Of a stretch of DNA of 32,000 bases, positions 9,355 through 18,990 are shown piece by piece. Within the stretch, counting starts at the first letter, position 1. Every line of letters begins with the position of its first letter. Both the position numbers and the translations under genes were made by a program. The notes beneath the pieces are model-generated. The model was not told the origin of the DNA, did no database searches, and saw only the letters and a list, made by a program, of their open reading frames with translations. The stretch covers positions 42,708-74,707 of the forward strand of contig CAILZB010000017.1 of the NCBI GenBank assembly GCA_903838565.1, in the 5' to 3' direction. The stretch is from an uncultured beta proteobacterium. Its GTDB lineage: Bacteria; Pseudomonadota; Gammaproteobacteria; Burkholderiales; Burkholderiaceae_C.

Positions 9355-10787
9355 TCCTCTTTCTTCACTTCCTTGCGCTCGGTCAGGGTCTTGCTTGCCA
9401 CCACCGGCAGACCCTTGAGCTGGTTCAGCGCCTGCTGCAGCTGAAAGTCCTTGTCCGAGCCGAACTCGGGCAGACGGCGTTCGGCCGGCGGCTTTCTGGA
9501 CTCTTCTTCCAGCCGCTTGACGGCTTCGTCACGCGCCTTTTCCCGCGCCTCGTCCTTGACCTCGGCGCCCTGACCGCTGGCCAGGTGTTTTTCCAGGTCG
9601 GCTTCGCGCATGCGCAGCGCCGCAAAGACGTTGCCTTCCAGTGTTTCATCGAGCATCACGTCGGGGACGATGCCCTTGGCCTGAATCGATTTGCCGCTGG
9701 GCGTGTAATACCGCGCCGTGGTCAGCTTCAGGCCGGTGTCGGGACCCAGCGGACGCACGGTCTGCACCGAGCCCTTGCCGAAGGTCTGGTTGCCCATGAT
9801 GGTGGCGCGCTTGTGGTCCTGCAGCGCGCCGGCGACGATTTCGCTGGCCGAAGCCGAACCCTCGTTCACCAGAACGATCAGCGGCACTGTCTTAAGGGCC
9901 GCAGGGAGCTTTTTCAGGGGGTCGGAGCCGCTACGGTGCAGGTAGCCGTCGGGCGCGGCCCGGAAGGTCTGCTTGCTGTCCGCAATCTGCCCGTTGGTCG
10001 TCACCACCGTGACGTTCTCTGGCAGGAAAGCGGCCGACACCGCCACCGACGCCTCCAGCAGGCCGCCCGGATCGTTGCGCAGGTCCAGCACCAAGCCCTT
10101 GAGCTTGGGCTCCTGCTTGTAGATTTCGTCCAGTTTGTGCACGAAGTCGTCGACCGTGCGTTCCTGGAACTGGCTCAGCCGAATCCACGCATAGCCGGGC
10201 TCGATCACCTTGGCGCGCACGGTCTGGGTCTTGATTTCTTCGCGCGTGATGATCACTGGAAAACTGCGGTTCTCGTCCTTGCGGAAGATCATCAGCGTGA
10301 CCTTGGTGTTGGGCTCGCCGCGCATGCGCTTGACGGCATCGTTCATGCTCAGGCCCTTGACCGCGGTGTCGTCGATTTTGGTGATCAGGTCGTTGGGCTT
10401 GAGCCCGGCGCGAAACGCGGGCGATCCTTCGATCGGCGACACCACCTTGACCAGTCCGTCTTCCTGGGTGATCTCGATGCCCACGCCGACAAACCGGCCG
10501 CTCGTGCCTTCACGAAATTCCTTGAAGCTCTTCTTGTCGAAATACTGCGAATGCGGATCCAGGCTGGCGACCATGCCCGAGATCGCGTCGGTGATGAGCT
10601 TCTTCTCGTCCACCGGTTCCACGTAATCGCTCTTGACCATGCCGAACACGGCCGCGAACTGCTGCAATTCCTCCAGCGGCAGCGGCGCCAGGGCGCCGCG
10701 CGCCACCGTTTGCAGCGACACGGTGGCCAATACGCCGGCCAGGGCTCCGGCCGAGACCCAGCCCACGATCTTCAATTTTTGGCCCAT
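9351..10787 (-). CDS. ctpA: S41-family carboxy-terminal processing protease
   Basis: 478 aa with an N-terminal membrane anchor/signal. A PDZ-like segment (VGIEITQEDGLVKVVSPIEGSPAFRAGLKPNDLITKID) is present. S41 catalytic-region motifs are LDLRNDPGGLL and VLVNEGSASASEIVAGALQD. Confidence 0.85.
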   Translation of the reverse strand: MGQKLKIVGWVSAGALAGVLATVSLQTVARGALAPLPLEELQQFAAVFGMVKSDYVEPVDEKKLITDAISGMVASLDPHSQYFDKKSFKEFREGTSGRFVGVGIEITQEDGLVKVVSPIEGSPAFRAGLKPNDLITKIDDTAVKGLSMNDAVKRMRGEPNTKVTLMIFRKDENRSFPVIITREEIKTQTVRAKVIEPGYAWIRLSQFQERTVDDFVHKLDEIYKQEPKLKGLVLDLRNDPGGLLEASVAVSAAFLPENVTVVTTNGQIADSKQTFRAAPDGYLHRSGSDPLKKLPAALKTVPLIVLVNEGSASASEIVAGALQDHKRATIMGNQTFGKGSVQTVRPLGPDTGLKLTTARYYTPSGKSIQAKGIVPDVMLDETLEGNVFAALRMREADLEKHLASGQGAEVKDEAREKARDEAVKRLEEESRKPPAERRLPEFGSDKDFQLQQALNQLKGLPVVASKTLTERKEVKKEE

Positions 10788-10895
10788 AACGGCTCTGACT
10801 CCCTGAAAAATTTCCCTTTGGATGGGTGGATAGCGTAACGGTTCCCGAGAGCGCGTGTATATTTTTCAGAATAATCAGCCTCGACCAGCAGGCAA

Positions 10896-11639
10896 TCAGG
10901 CTTTGCCCTGGTTCGCCACCGCCGCCGCCGCGCGCGCTGCCGCCTCGGCGTCGCCCAGGTAGTAGTGCCGGATCGGCTTGAGATCGTCGTCCAGTTCGTA
11001 TACCAGCGGTATCCCGTTGGGGATATTCAGACTCACGATGTCAGCATCAGATACGCCGTCCAAGTACTTCACCAGGGCACGGATCGAATTGCCGTGGGCG
11101 GCGACCAGTACTTTTTTGCCGGCCTTGATCGCCGGCGCGAGCGACTCGTTCCACAGCGGCATGACCCGCGCCACCGTGTCTTTCAGGCATTCGGTCAGTG
11201 GCACCTGCTCCTGCGCGATCTTGGCGTAGCGCGGGTCGCCGCGCTCGCAGCGTGCGTCGGTCGGCTCCAGCGCCGGCGGCGGGGTGTCGTAGCTGCGCCG
11301 CCAGGCCAGCACCTGGGCGTCGCCGTATTGCTTGGCCATGTCGGCCTTGTTCAGGCCCTGCAGCGCGCCGTAGTGGCGCTCATTCAGCCGCCAGCTGTGC
11401 ACCACCGGCAACCAGGTGCGGTCCATTTCGTCCAGGCAGTGCCACAGCGTGCGCGTGGCGCGCTTGAGCACGCTGGTGTAGGCCACGTCAAACTCGTAGC
11501 CTTCTGCCTTGAGCAGGCGCCCGCATTCCTTGGCCTGTTCCACGCCAGTGGCGGTCAGGTCCACGTCGGTCCAGCCGGTGAAACGATTGTCCAGATTCCA
11601 GGTGGATTCGCCGTGGCGGATCAGTACCAGTTTGTGCAT
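10896..11639 (-). CDS. gpmA: 2,3-bisphosphoglycerate-dependent phosphoglycerate mutase
   Basis: [39 protein letters not shown] and [10 protein letters not shown] are canonical dPGM motifs. I chose ATG 11639 rather than the longer listed ORF (11699). Confidence 0.9.
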   Translation of the reverse strand: MHKLVLIRHGESTWNLDNRFTGWTDVDLTATGVEQAKECGRLLKAEGYEFDVAYTSVLKRATRTLWHCLDEMDRTWLPVVHSWRLNERHYGALQGLNKADMAKQYGDAQVLAWRRSYDTPPPALEPTDARCERGDPRYAKIAQEQVPLTECLKDTVARVMPLWNESLAPAIKAGKKVLVAAHGNSIRALVKYLDGVSDADIVSLNIPNGIPLVYELDDDLKPIRHYYLGDAEAAARAAAAVANQGKA

Positions 11640-11776
11640 GCTGTCCCTTAATAAGTCGATGAAGTGGGGTCGATCGCAGGTCGACGACCCGTGATTCAAG
11701 CTCGCATTCTAGAATCACCGGTTGCGCGCTCGCATTCACGTGAAGTTCGGCGGGCGCATTTTGAAACAAGGACCGT

Positions 11777-12184
11777 ATGAAATTTATTCTCGATAACTGG
11801 ATGTTGATTGGCGTTGCGCTGTTCTCGGGCAGCCTGTTGGTTTGGCCCATGATCCAGGGCGCGTCCGGCGGTGGCCTGTCGGCTGCGGCGGCGGTGCAGC
11901 TCATCAACCGCGAGAAAGCGGTCGTGATCGACGTCTGCGAACCCGAGGAATATGCCCGGGGTCACCTGGGCGGCGCGAAGAACATCCCGTTGAACCAGCT
12001 GGAGGAAAAGCTCGGCGCGACCGTGAAGAACAAGGCGCTGCCGCTGATCCTGGTGTGCCAGAGCGGCGCACGTTCGAGCCGCGCTGTGGCGATGGCCAAG
12101 AAGCTGGGCTACGAGCAGGCGCAGTCCCTGAGCGGTGGCCTGGCTTCCTGGAAGGCGGCGAACCTGCCGCTGGACAAGTCCTGA
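11777..12184 (+). CDS. membrane-anchored rhodanese-domain sulfurtransferase
   Basis: An N-terminal hydrophobic helix is followed by a rhodanese fold. The active-site loop is VCQSGARS, followed by GGLASWK. Confidence 0.8.
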   Translation: MKFILDNWMLIGVALFSGSLLVWPMIQGASGGGLSAAAAVQLINREKAVVIDVCEPEEYARGHLGGAKNIPLNQLEEKLGATVKNKALPLILVCQSGARSSRAVAMAKKLGYEQAQSLSGGLASWKAANLPLDKS

Positions 12185-12206
12185 AACGCCGCCAGAGAGC
12201 CATATC

Positions 12207-12467
12207 ATGCAAACCGTCACCATGTACACCACGGCCGTCTGCCCCTACTGCATCCGCGCCAAGCAGATTCTCGGCGCCAAAGGGGTCCAGAAGATCGAGG
12301 AAATCCGCGTCGACAGCGACAACGCTGCGCGCCTCAAGATGATGGAGTTGACCGGGCGACGCACCGTGCCGCAGATCTTCATCGGTCAGACCCACGTCGG
12401 TGGTTGTGACGACCTGATGGCGCTCGACGCCAAAGGCGAGCTGCAGCCGCTGCTCAACGCTGCATGA
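12207..12467 (+). CDS. grxC: glutaredoxin 3
   Basis: 86 aa with the CPYC active site (MYTTAVCPYCIRAK) and TVPQIFIGQTHVGGCDDL. I chose ATG 12207 rather than the listed 12135 start, which overlaps the rhodanese gene. Confidence 0.9.
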   Translation: MQTVTMYTTAVCPYCIRAKQILGAKGVQKIEEIRVDSDNAARLKMMELTGRRTVPQIFIGQTHVGGCDDLMALDAKGELQPLLNAA

Positions 12468-12575
12468 ATGCGGGGTGCGCGAAAGCGGTCGCGGCACCTG
12501 AGATAATCCGCAATTCCCACCCTCGGCCCGCCACGGCATTTCGTGCGGGTCTTGTTTTTATCCAAGAGAGATACC

Positions 12576-13049
12576 ATGGCTGATACACCTGAACCCGTTT
12601 TCCAAATCCAGCGCATCTACCTGAAGGAATCGTCGCTGGAACAACCCAATTCGCCGGCGATCCTGCTCGAACAGGAACAGCCCACGGTGGACATCCAGCT
12701 GGGCATCAACGCCGGCCCCGTCGCCGACGGCATCTTCGAAGTCACCGTGACCGGCACGGTGCAGGCCAAGATCAAGGACAAGACCGTGTTCCTGGTCGAA
12801 GTCAAGCAGGCTGGCATTTTTGAAATCCGCAACCTGTCGGACGAACAGATGGCCCCGATCATGGGCATCGCCTGCCCGCAGATCGTCTATCCCTATTTGC
12901 GCGGCAACGTGGCCGACCTGATCCAGCGCGCCGGCTTCCCGCCCGTGCATCTGGCGGAAATCAATTTCCAGGCGATGTTCGAGCAGCAACAGGCGCAGCA
13001 GGCGCAGGCAGCGGCCGGTGGCGACACCCAGCCGGCTACGCTGAACTGA
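12576..13049 (+). CDS. secB: protein-export chaperone SecB
   Basis: [19 protein letters not shown]...[32 protein letters not shown] is the typical SecB sequence. It has an acidic/Gln-rich tail. ATG is at 12576. Confidence 0.9.
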   Translation: MADTPEPVFQIQRIYLKESSLEQPNSPAILLEQEQPTVDIQLGINAGPVADGIFEVTVTGTVQAKIKDKTVFLVEVKQAGIFEIRNLSDEQMAPIMGIACPQIVYPYLRGNVADLIQRAGFPPVHLAEINFQAMFEQQQAQQAQAAAGGDTQPATLN

Positions 13050-13092
13050 TCTCGATGCGGCCTGCAAGGGCCGCAAGCGTGGCCGACCCGCG

Positions 13093-14106
13093 ATGAAGAT
13101 CCGAATTTTTGGCGCGGGAGCCTGGGGAACGGCGCTGGCCATCAGCGCCAGTCGTGACCCCGAGTCGGCGCATCGCGTCAGCCTTTGGGCGCGCGACCCG
13201 ATGCAGGCGCAGGCGATGCTGACCCAGCGGGTGAATCGCCGCTACCTGCCAGACGTGCGCCTCCCCGACAGCTTGCAGATCGAAACCGGTGCTGCCGCAT
13301 TCGACGGCGCCCAGGCGGACGCGGCCGATCTGGTCATCATTGCCACGCCGATGGCGGGGCTGCGCGCGGTCCTGCTTGAGCTGCAGCGCTGCACCGTCCC
13401 CGTAGCCTGGTTGTGCAAGGGCTTCGAAGCGCCGGTGGATTCGCAGTTCGGACTGCTGGGCCATGAAGTGGCGCAGCAGGTCGCGCCCGACCTTTTGTCC
13501 GGCATCCTGAGTGGACCCAGTTTTGCGCTGGAAGTGGCGCGAGGCCAGCCCACGGCACTGGTGGCTGCGAGCGCCCATGTGGCCGTGCGCGAAGCCCTGG
13601 TCCAGGCCTTTCATGGAAGCAGTCTGCGCGTCTATGCCAGCGACGATGTGGTGGGGGTCGAGGTCGGTGGCGCGGTCAAGAACGTGCTGGCCATCGCCAC
13701 CGGTCTGTGCGACGGCATGCAGCTGGGGCTGAACGCGCGCGCCGCGCTCATCACCCGTGGACTGGCAGAAATGACGCGGCTGGGTTGTGCGTTGGGCGCC
13801 AGGGCCGAGACCTTCATGGGGCTGTCCGGCCTGGGCGATCTGGTGCTGACGGCGACCGGCGACCTGAGCCGCAACCGCAAGGTCGGGCTGCTGCTGGCGC
13901 AGGGGCGCACGCTCGAACAAGCGGTCGATTCACTGGGACACGTGGCCGAAGGCGTGTACTGCGCCCGCGCCGTGGTGCAGCGGGCTCAGGGGCTGGGCGT
14001 GGACATGCCGATTGCCCAGGCCGTGGTGGCGCTGCTGGACGGCGAAATCCGCCCCGAGCAGGCGGTGTCCCGGCTGATGCAGCGCGTGGCGCGCGGCGAA
14101 GCCTGA
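13093..14106 (+). CDS. gpsA: NAD(P)H-dependent glycerol-3-phosphate dehydrogenase
   Basis: [17 protein letters not shown] is the Rossmann N-terminus. [22 protein letters not shown] and DLSRNRKVG motifs are present. It sits in the conserved grxC-secB-gpsA context. Confidence 0.9.
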   Translation: MKIRIFGAGAWGTALAISASRDPESAHRVSLWARDPMQAQAMLTQRVNRRYLPDVRLPDSLQIETGAAAFDGAQADAADLVIIATPMAGLRAVLLELQRCTVPVAWLCKGFEAPVDSQFGLLGHEVAQQVAPDLLSGILSGPSFALEVARGQPTALVAASAHVAVREALVQAFHGSSLRVYASDDVVGVEVGGAVKNVLAIATGLCDGMQLGLNARAALITRGLAEMTRLGCALGARAETFMGLSGLGDLVLTATGDLSRNRKVGLLLAQGRTLEQAVDSLGHVAEGVYCARAVVQRAQGLGVDMPIAQAVVALLDGEIRPEQAVSRLMQRVARGEA

Positions 14107-14133
14107 AGCTTGCACTCCGGGCCACGCCACGCT

Positions 14134-16998
14134 TCAGGCGAAGGTTCGGGTCTCTCCTGTTCCGTCCAGATTGCTCACACAGCGGCCGCAAACCGTCGGA
14201 TGCGCCGGGTCCACTCCGACGTCGTCGCAGTAATGCCAGCAGCGCTCGCATTTCACCGCGGTTGACGGCTGTACGCTGACCTGCATGGCGTCACCCTTGA
14301 GCAGCTGAATCGCCGAGGTGATGAAGGCGAACCTGATGTCGTCGCCCAGGCTGGACAGCAGTTCGTGGTCCTCTGCGGCCACCGTCAGGGTCACCACCGC
14401 CTGCAGTGAGGAACCCACCAAGCCCGCCGCGCGCAGGGTCTCGATCTCCTTGTTCACGAGCTCGCGAATGGCGCGGATGCGGCTCCATTTGGCCGGTAGG
14501 CTGATCGCGCTGCCAGGGATGGCGGGGAAGGCCCAATAGGTTTCCATGAAGATCGACTCGCTCGTGCCCAAGACCTTCCACGCTTCTTCGGCCGTGAAGC
14601 TGAGGAACGGCGCCATCAGGCGCACGAACGAATGCGTGATGTGCCACAGCGCGGTCTGCGCGCTGCGCCGTGCCAGCGACTTCGGCGCAGTCGTATACAG
14701 CCGGTCCTTGAGCACATCGAGGTAGAACGCGCCCAGGTCTTCGCTGCAGTACACCTGCAGCTTGGCCACAACGGGATGGAACTCGTACACCTCGTAATGC
14801 GCCAGCACCTCGGCCTGCAGCTGCGCGGCACGGGCCAGCGCATAGCGGTCGATCTCCAGCATCTCGGCCAGCGGCACGGCGTCGCTCGCCGGCTCGAAGT
14901 CGCTGATGTTGGCCAGCAGGAATTTCAGCGTGTTGCGCACACGCCGATAGGTATCGACCACGCGCGCCAGGATCTTGTCGTCTATCCCTAAGTCGCCAGA
15001 GTAATCGGTGGCGGCGCACCACAGGCGGATGATCTCGGCGCCCATCTTGTCGCTCACCTCCTGCGGCGCCACGACGTTGCCCTCGCTCTTGCTCATCTTG
15101 CGGCCCTTGCCGTCCACGACGAAGCCGTGCGTCAACAAGCCTTTATAGGGCGCGCGGTCATACATGGCGCAGGCCGTGAGCAGCGAAGAGTGGAACCAGC
15201 CGCGGTGCTGGTCGTGGCCTTCGAGGTACAGATCCGCTTCGGGGCCGGGCTTGCCGGTGCGCGGGTCGATCTCCTCGTGCGCGCTGCCCGGGTGCGAGCC
15301 CTTGAGCACCGTGGTGTGGGTCGTGCCGGAGTCGAACCACACTTCCAGGATGTCGGTGCTCTTTGTGTAGGCTTGGGCGTCGTCCGCGCCGATGATGCTC
15401 TCGGCCGTGGCCTTGCTCCAGGCCTCGATGCCGCCCTGCTGCACCATGTCGGCGGCGATGTCCATGATCTCCATGGTGCGCGGGTGCAGCTCGCCCGAAT
15501 CCTTGTGCAGGAAGAAGGGCAGGGGCACGCCCCAGCTGCGCTGGCGGCTGATGCACCAGTCAGGCCGGTTCGCGATCATGTCGCGCAGGCGTGCGCGGCC
15601 GTTCTCGGGGAAGAAGTCGGTTCTCTCGATCGCGTCCAGCGCCAACTGGCGCAGAGTCTTGCCCGCCTTGTCCTGGGTGAAGACGCCCACGCCCTCGTCC
15701 ATGCGCACAAACCACTGCGCCGCGGCGCGGTAGATCACCGGCGTCTTGTGGCGCCAGCAGTGCGGGTAGCTGTGGGTGATGGTGCTGGTGGCAAACAAAC
15801 GGTCGGCAGCGCCCAGCGCTTCGATGATGATGGGGCAGGCTTTCCAGATATTGAGACCGCCAAACAACGGCAGCTCGACGGCGTAGCGGCCGTCTCCCTG
15901 GACCGGGTTCAGGATGTCGTCGTACTTCATGCCGTGCGCGACGCAGGAGTTGAAATCCTCCACGCCGTAGGCGGGCGCGGAGTGCACGATGCCGGTGCCG
16001 TCTTCGGCGGTGGCGTAGTCGGCCAGATAGACTGGACTGAGCCGGTCAAAGCCCGGGTCCACATGCGCCAAGGGATGCCTGAAATTGAGGCCGCCCAGGC
16101 GCTCGCCCAGCGTGGTGGCGAGCACGGTGCCGGTGAGGCCGAAGCGTTCCAGGCACTTTTCCACCAGCACTGCGGCCAGTACCAGCAGCCCACGCTCAGT
16201 CTGCACCAGCGCGTAGTCCAGGGCCGGGTTCAGGTTCAGCGCCTGGTTCGCGGGGATGGTCCAGGCGGTGGTGGTCCAGATCACGGCGTAGGCCGGTTGC
16301 TCCAATGAAGACAGACCAAAGGCAGCGGCCAACTTCTCCGGCTCGGCACACAGGAAGCCAACGTCCAGCGTCTGCGACTTCTTGTCGGCGTATTCGATCT
16401 CGAATTCGGCCAGCGAGGAGCCGCAGTCGAAGCACCAGTACACGGGCTTGAGGCCGCGATACACCAAGCCGCGCTCCACCACGCGTTTGAAGGCGCGGAT
16501 TTCGTCAGCCTCGTTGATGAAGTCCATGGTGCGGTAGGGCTTGTCCCACAGGCCCAGCACGCCCAGGCGCTTGAAGTCGGTGCGCTGTTGATCGATCTGC
16601 TCGGTGGCAAAGGCGCGGCTCTTGGCCTGCATCTCGTCGCGCTGCAGCTTGCGGCCGTAAAGCTTTTCGATCGCGTTCTCGATGGGCAGTCCGTGGCAGT
16701 CCCAACCCGGGATGTAGGCGGCATCCATGCCTTTGAGCTGGCGCGCCTTGACGATCATGTCTTTCAGGATCTTGTTGGCCGCGTGGCCGATGTGGATCTT
16801 GCCGTTGGCATAGGGCGGGCCATCGTGCAGGATGAATTTGGGTGCGCCGGCGCGGGCGGCGCGCAGCTTCTGGTACAGGCCTTTTTCATCCCATTCCTTG
16901 ACCCAGCCGGGCTCGCGCTTGGGCAGGTCGCCGCGCATGGGAAAGGGCGTGTCGGGCAGGTTCAGGGTGCTGCGGTAATCGGTTTTGGGTTCAGACAT
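14134..16998 (-). CDS. ileS: isoleucine--tRNA ligase
   Basis: 954 aa. The HIGH motif is [12 protein letters not shown] and the KMSKS motif is KMSKSEGN. The C-terminal zinc finger is CERCWHY...CGRCVSNL. Confidence 0.95.
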   Translation of the reverse strand: MSEPKTDYRSTLNLPDTPFPMRGDLPKREPGWVKEWDEKGLYQKLRAARAGAPKFILHDGPPYANGKIHIGHAANKILKDMIVKARQLKGMDAAYIPGWDCHGLPIENAIEKLYGRKLQRDEMQAKSRAFATEQIDQQRTDFKRLGVLGLWDKPYRTMDFINEADEIRAFKRVVERGLVYRGLKPVYWCFDCGSSLAEFEIEYADKKSQTLDVGFLCAEPEKLAAAFGLSSLEQPAYAVIWTTTAWTIPANQALNLNPALDYALVQTERGLLVLAAVLVEKCLERFGLTGTVLATTLGERLGGLNFRHPLAHVDPGFDRLSPVYLADYATAEDGTGIVHSAPAYGVEDFNSCVAHGMKYDDILNPVQGDGRYAVELPLFGGLNIWKACPIIIEALGAADRLFATSTITHSYPHCWRHKTPVIYRAAAQWFVRMDEGVGVFTQDKAGKTLRQLALDAIERTDFFPENGRARLRDMIANRPDWCISRQRSWGVPLPFFLHKDSGELHPRTMEIMDIAADMVQQGGIEAWSKATAESIIGADDAQAYTKSTDILEVWFDSGTTHTTVLKGSHPGSAHEEIDPRTGKPGPEADLYLEGHDQHRGWFHSSLLTACAMYDRAPYKGLLTHGFVVDGKGRKMSKSEGNVVAPQEVSDKMGAEIIRLWCAATDYSGDLGIDDKILARVVDTYRRVRNTLKFLLANISDFEPASDAVPLAEMLEIDRYALARAAQLQAEVLAHYEVYEFHPVVAKLQVYCSEDLGAFYLDVLKDRLYTTAPKSLARRSAQTALWHITHSFVRLMAPFLSFTAEEAWKVLGTSESIFMETYWAFPAIPGSAISLPAKWSRIRAIRELVNKEIETLRAAGLVGSSLQAVVTLTVAAEDHELLSSLGDDIRFAFITSAIQLLKGDAMQVSVQPSTAVKCERCWHYCDDVGVDPAHPTVCGRCVSNLDGTGETRTFA

Positions 16999-17114
16999 GG
17001 CGAAACTTCTTGAAGACGGGGACCAAGCTCAGCCCGAGCGAGGGGTGCTGAAAGTGAGGAGAACCCGAACGCCCAGAGCTTGATCAGGGGCGGCGAACAG
17101 GCCAGACAGATCGT

Positions 17115-18125
17115 CTAAATTCGGTCGCGCGTGGTCTGGCGCTGGGTCTGCGCATGCAGCGAGCTGAAGTAGGAGCGTGCGTCTTTGCAGTCGCGCGCAA
17201 TGCCCGCCCTCAAGGCGTCCATGCCGTCGTACTTGAGTTCGTCGTGTAGTTTGTGCAGCAGTTCCACGCCGATGATTTTACCGTAGCCCCCCTCCAGCCC
17301 GAGGTCGACGGGCCAGTCCAGGCAATGCGTCTCCAGCAGCACGCGCCCGCCGTTGATGTCGCTGGCGTCCAGCGAAGGGCGTATGCCCAGATTGGCCACG
17401 CCGTCCAGAGCCTGGCCGGCCAGGCCGTGCACGCGCACCGCAAAGATGCCGCTGGCCGCGGGTTTCCAGTGCGAAAAGCGCAGGTTCAGCGTGCGGCAAC
17501 CGAGCTCGCGCCCGAGGTGGCGCCCATGCACGACGTGGCCGCTGATGCTGTAAGGCCGTCCCAGCAGACGCGCGGCGTCATCCATGCGGCCTTCGTTCAA
17601 GGCGTCGCGCACCGCCGAGCTCGATACCCTCAATCCGTGCACCTCGTAGCTGTTCATGCGCGCCACGTCAAAGCCCAGCGCCTGGCCCGCCGCATCGAGC
17701 GTGGCGTAATCGCCGGCGCGCCTGGCGCCAAAGCGGAAGTCGTCGCCCACCAGCACGTAGCGCGCACCGACGCCGCGCAGCAGTACATCGGCGATGAAGG
17801 CCTCAGGGGCGAGCGAAGACAGCCGCGCATCGAAGGGCAGCACCACGCACTGGTCGGCGCCGCAGCGCTCCAGTTCGGTGAGCTTGTCGCGCAAGGTGGC
17901 GATGCGCGCCGGAGCCAGATCGGGCTTGCGCGTGACCGCGGCGAAATAATCGCGCGGATGCGGCTCGAACGTCATCACGCAACTGGGCACGCCGCGATGC
18001 CGGGCCTCGCTGTTGAGCAGCGCCAGCATCGCCTGATGACCCCGGTGCACGCCGTCAAAGTTGCCGATCGTGAGCGCGCAGGCAGGTGCGATGTCGGGGT
18101 GGTGAAAACCGCGGAAGATGCGCAT
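17115..18125 (-). CDS. ribF: bifunctional riboflavin kinase / FMN adenylyltransferase
   Basis: ALTIGNFDGVHRGHQAML marks the adenylyltransferase part. The C-terminal riboflavin kinase part is GRHLGRELGCRTLNL...GVANLGIRPS. I chose ATG 18125 (MRIFRGF) rather than the listed longer ORF. It lies upstream of ileS, as in many bacteria. Confidence 0.9.
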   Translation of the reverse strand: MRIFRGFHHPDIAPACALTIGNFDGVHRGHQAMLALLNSEARHRGVPSCVMTFEPHPRDYFAAVTRKPDLAPARIATLRDKLTELERCGADQCVVLPFDARLSSLAPEAFIADVLLRGVGARYVLVGDDFRFGARRAGDYATLDAAGQALGFDVARMNSYEVHGLRVSSSAVRDALNEGRMDDAARLLGRPYSISGHVVHGRHLGRELGCRTLNLRFSHWKPAASGIFAVRVHGLAGQALDGVANLGIRPSLDASDINGGRVLLETHCLDWPVDLGLEGGYGKIIGVELLHKLHDELKYDGMDALRAGIARDCKDARSYFSSLHAQTQRQTTRDRI

Positions 18126-18309
18126 GGGTGAGAGAGGTTCGTGTTGGTAGCAGACGGCCGGCTTGGCATGCGCCCTGGCAACGAAACCGTCACACAAAGC
18201 GGGTATATTGTGCCTTGCGACCAGCCTGTGGCGTGGGCTGGCCCCGAGCAAGTGACGTTAACGTGAAAGAGCGAACTTTCATGGCTCTGAGCGCCCCTGC
18301 GCCCAGAGC

Positions 18310-18897
18310 ATGAAAGTTGGTTGTTTATCGGAGGTTGCATTGAAGGTCTTGAAGCTGTCGGCCCAAGGTTTGCCCCAATCCTGGATATCGCTGGAGCAGG
18401 CGGTGATCCACTACGCGGCGCAGGAAGTGCGCTGGGAGATGGGCGCCGAAGTGGCGGTGTTTCGCGGCGGCCACAACGCAATCACCGGCGAGCAGTCCAT
18501 CATCACCGTCAACAGCATCATCGGCACCCGGGGCGTGCCCAACATCAACCCCTTCCACCTCAAGCCCAGCCTGACGAATGCCAAGCTGTTTGCGCGCGAC
18601 AAGAAGCTGTGCGCGTATTGCGGAGACCTGTTTGACGAGGAAGACCTGACGCGAGAGCACATCATCCCTTTTGCACAGAACGGCGTCGACTGCTGGATGA
18701 ACGTGGTCACGGCCTGTCGCGCCTGCAACCACCGCAAGAGCCACCGCGCGCCCGAGCAGGCGCACATGCCGCTGCTGTACGCGCCCTATGTGCCCAGCCT
18801 GTGGGAAGACTTCATCCTGCGCAACCGCCGCATCATGGCGGACCAGATGGAGTTCCTGCTGGCCCATGTGCCGAGGACTTCGCGTTTGGTGGCCTGA
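18310..18897 (+). CDS. HNH endonuclease-domain protein
   Basis: The HNH/zinc motif is CAYCGDLFDEEDLTREHIIPFAQNG...ACRACNHRK. An alternative start is TTG 18340, which is preceded by GGAGG with a 5-nt spacer. Confidence 0.75.
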   Translation: MKVGCLSEVALKVLKLSAQGLPQSWISLEQAVIHYAAQEVRWEMGAEVAVFRGGHNAITGEQSIITVNSIIGTRGVPNINPFHLKPSLTNAKLFARDKKLCAYCGDLFDEEDLTREHIIPFAQNGVDCWMNVVTACRACNHRKSHRAPEQAHMPLLYAPYVPSLWEDFILRNRRIMADQMEFLLAHVPRTSRLVA

Positions 18898-18928
18898 GAT
18901 TGCAACGCCGCTTGGTGCGGTACCGAAC

Positions 18929-18990
18929 ATGACGCCAATGCATCACGGGGATATGATGAAAAGCGTAGCGCTGCAGCACGCTGTTTTCCC
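18929..18990 (+). promoter_or_regulatory. candidate leader of the mgtA-like gene: uORF start plus terminator-like hairpin (stem 18962-18982, then G+TTTT)
   Basis: The stem pairs AGCGT(a)GC with GCACGCT and is followed by GTTTT, 3 nt before the ATPase ATG. The ATPase ATG has no Shine-Dalgarno sequence. A uORF from ATG 18929 reads through the hairpin and ends at 19024. Confidence 0.3.
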
